A stretch of DNA of 63,603 nucleotides, the filler included, from Globobulimina sp. (taxonomy: Eukaryota), in assembly GCA_003354225.1 (NCBI GenBank). It is 47 parts of 47 records of this genome, joined end to end, with 100 filler letters (N's around TTAATTAATTAA, not from the genome) between each part and the next. Parts side by side here need not be neighbours in the genome. Positions count along the whole stretch, not along the records: positions 60,996 to 62,249 come from PIVH01020029.1; positions 62,350 to 63,603 come from PIVH01020030.1; 45 more parts are not named here. The stretch is one strand, 5' to 3'. Below the pieces are notes generated by a model, which saw nothing but the letters and a program-made list of their open reading frames with translations, searched no databases and was not told the origin of the DNA. Of the stretch, positions 61,278-63,603 are shown in pieces; within the stretch, counting starts at the first letter, position 1; every line of letters begins with the position of its first letter. Made by a program: the position numbers and the translations under genes.

Positions 61278-62249
61278 ATGCTTCAAACTCAAAGACAAGC
61301 TCTCCCAAAACGAAATGTAAATCCATTCAATCCCCAACTAAAACAATCAAAATCGTTTGTAATATTTGGCTACAAACTGCCACGATTGTTTGTGTTGATA
61401 ATGTGTCTTTTGATCTTAATAATCTTTGTATTGATAATGGAGATCTCACACAATGGACAACACGAAGCCAATCCATCCCAATCAAAAACGCAATTGCAAC
61501 CCACACAGACACCAACAATCACAAACAAACCTGAAACATACATGAAGAATAAAATAACTTTGCAAACCGCGCCGACGAACATCATTCCTGTTTTAATATT
61601 TTGCCATGCTCGGCCACCATACTTAGCGCGTACATTGCAATCCGTATTCAAGCAATTAGACAGAAACCAGTGGCATGAGGAATTTGTCATATTTATCTCG
61701 CAGGACGGCAGTCATCGGGAAATCCAGCAAATCATTGAAAAATATGCCAGACAGCAAAAAGCATACTGGTTACACTTTGATTATGCGTCGACAGCACAGA
61801 AAATGATGAAAGGCTTTGAACAGGAAAACTGGAGAGTGTATCACAAAATATCTGCGCATTACAAATGGGCTTTGAATAAAATGTTCATTGAGCTGGACTA
61901 CAAAAAAATAATTGTCCTCGAAGAAGATATGGAAATCAGTCCCGATTTTTTTAATTATTTTTATAACTTAGCTCCGTTGTTAGATGTTGACAAATCTATA
62001 TATTGTATATCAGCGTGGAATGATTATGGGCAAAAGGGACTGGTCAATGATCCAAATGCATTGTATAGAACTGATGTATTCCCTGGTTTAGGTTGCCATT
62101 TTTTATTTGTTTTGCTAATGAAATAAAAAAAACATGAACTTTGTTTTTAGGTTGGATGTTAACACAGGAATTATGGGAGGAATTTCGTTATTATAGTTCC
62201 ATTGCCTTCTGGGATGATCGGTTCAGACCACCCAAACAAACCACGAACA
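61278..62249 (+). CDS. MGAT1: Alpha-1,3-mannosyl-glycoprotein 2-beta-N-acetylglucosaminyltransferase (GnT-I, GT13), intron 62092-62150, 3' partial
   Basis: Type II TM; FISQDG, YHKISAHYKWAL, LEEDMEISPDFF, CISAWND, RTDVFPGLG spliced to WML..FWDD. Confidence 0.95.
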
Positions 62250-62581
62250 NNNNNNNNNNNNNNNNNNNNNNNNNNNNNNNNNNNNNNNNNNNNTTAATTA
62301 ATTAANNNNNNNNNNNNNNNNNNNNNNNNNNNNNNNNNNNNNNNNNNNNTAGAATATCTTCAAAACTTTAAAGAATCAAGTAATTTCCCAAAACTTTTTG
62401 TTTATTGTTCAGTTTCGTCTTCTTTCTATGTATTAAACATTGTCGTCTATGAGCTGAGAACCCAGATATTATTCATATTAATAACTAACGTGTCATGGGA
62501 AAAAAAAACCATGATTCTCATTTCTCAGTTATTTGAATCTATAAAACGGATAATTATAACAGTATACTGTACATCTGGTAT

Positions 62582-63442
62582 TTATTGATCGCCAGCATAA
62601 ATAAATAAATTTCCAACATGTAGGGTAGGTTGATACACTTCAACACGTGAACCATTACCAAAAGACACAGTTGATACAGTACCATAGGGATGGGATGGTG
62701 CGTATGGATTATAGGCAGTTGGTGCTACACATTTTGTAGGCACTGATGACCAGCCATCGTAATTACACCCCGTAAGCCAAATTTGATGTGAATGTGGAGG
62801 GATATTTGCAATACTTAATGTTATATTTTCTTTCCCAATTTTATCACCAATTGTGTATTTATCACCATTTATTCCAATAACACGATCTCTTCCATTCGGC
62901 AAAGCAAATCTTGTAAGTAAATGATAAGAATCTGCTGCTGTATCAACATATTCATTTTCTGATGTTTTATTTCCGAATACATAGCCAATAATGTTAAATA
63001 ATTCTGTATAATCCCTTGGGTCAAGAAACGAACCATCACATAATAGCCAATTGCTATGACTGTCATTGTGTGCCGATATTTTATAATCACCAATATACGT
63101 TTTGTAAATATCTGATGATGGAATTGCTGTTGGAATTGCTGTTGGAATTGTTGTTGGAATTGCTGTTGGAATTGCTGTTGGAATCGATGATGGAATTGTG
63201 TCTGAATTGGAGCAGACACAATTATTTGTTCGAAAAAATGTCACATATGTTACCAATACAGTACAATAAATCAGTACCAATGAAAGCAATATCATCCAAA
63301 CTATTTGATAAAAGGGTGTATGTTGCCCATGACCAGTTGCATCACTTATCATTGGAATATATCGTTGAGTTCGAGTTGCCTTTGTTTTAGTTGTATTCAT
63401 TTCAATCTGAGGCAACAACTCATCTGAGCACTTTTCATCCAA
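62582..63442 (-). CDS. Single-pass membrane protein with a Pro/Thr stalk and a phage tail-collar domain
   Basis: TM IVWMILLSLVLIYCTVLVTYVTFF; (PTAI)n; IGDYK..WLLCDG..YTELFNIIGYVFG..FALPNGRDRV..GKENITLSIANIPPHSH..QPTL. Start codon uncertain (TTG 63442 or ATG 63400). Confidence 0.85.
   Translation of the reverse strand: MDEKCSDELLPQIEMNTTKTKATRTQRYIPMISDATGHGQHTPFYQIVWMILLSLVLIYCTVLVTYVTFFRTNNCVCSNSDTIPSSIPTAIPTAIPTTIPTAIPTAIPSSDIYKTYIGDYKISAHNDSHSNWLLCDGSFLDPRDYTELFNIIGYVFGNKTSENEYVDTAADSYHLLTRFALPNGRDRVIGINGDKYTIGDKIGKENITLSIANIPPHSHQIWLTGCNYDGWSSVPTKCVAPTAYNPYAPSHPYGTVSTVSFGNGSRVEVYQPTLHVGNLFIYAGDQ
63119..63196. repeat. 12-bp coding tandem repeat (TTGGAATTGCTG), about 5-6 units
   Basis: Encodes IPSS-IPTA-IPTA-IPTT-IPTA-IPTA-IPSS on the minus strand. 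Confidence 0.9.
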
Positions 63443-63603
63443 CTGTTTCGACTCTGGAAATAAACTAAAACAGTGGGGAGGTTATAATGGAATATATCGT
63501 TAAACACCCCTGGTCGACTTTTTGTACAACATTTTTTTCCACCCCTTAACCTCAATAATGTCTTTCGTTGCGCTCACTGCTTTTTATTTATTAGCATCAG
63601 TTT

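Noticed and set aside
1257-62349. Regularly spaced TTAATTAATTAA motif resembling a CRISPR or tandem array
   Set aside because: It is an assembly spacer embedded in N runs, not biological sequence.
62869-63390. ORFs with QQQF and LLEL repeats
   Set aside because: Alternative-frame readings of the 12-bp PTAI repeat.

Overview
This window is not one locus. It is 47 unrelated contigs of 1,254-1,256 bp, sorted by length and joined by an artificial 100-bp spacer (44 N + TTAATTAATTAA + 44 N), so neighbours across a spacer have no biological meaning. Most contigs come from an AT-rich microbial eukaryote with short (about 56-76 nt) GT-AG introns, compact intergenic spaces and poly-Asn tracts; a foraminifer-like rhizarian is my inference and is unproven. 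Recognisable genes include PH-RhoGAP, CARNMT1, COMMD3, annexin, enoyl-CoA hydratase, AIG1-like GTPases, C2-histidine phosphatase, TPT1, a trypsin-family protease, SLC30A9, an HSPA12-like protein, a sterol desaturase, a sirtuin, CAP-Gly, PPWD1 and MGAT1. Mobile DNA is abundant: a tyrosine recombinase, a gag, three non-LTR retrotransposon fragments and several MITE-like inverted-repeat elements. Two contigs are bacterial (rlmH/NifU-C joined to a Bacteroidota T9SS protein; glnD with a sigma-54 promoter and palindromic repeats), two look metazoan-like, and several are chimeric, as expected for whole-genome-amplified material. The best candidate for new biology is a phage tail-collar domain on a membrane-anchored, eukaryote-style protein, with a second tail-collar C-terminus next to an intron-containing TPT1 gene. 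Other leads are a GTPase/pseudo-GTPase tandem pair, a possible gustatory-receptor-like channel fragment, an intron-containing BCCT transporter and a 1,137-bp tandem or circular unit. All family calls are by motif recognition only; no searches were run.
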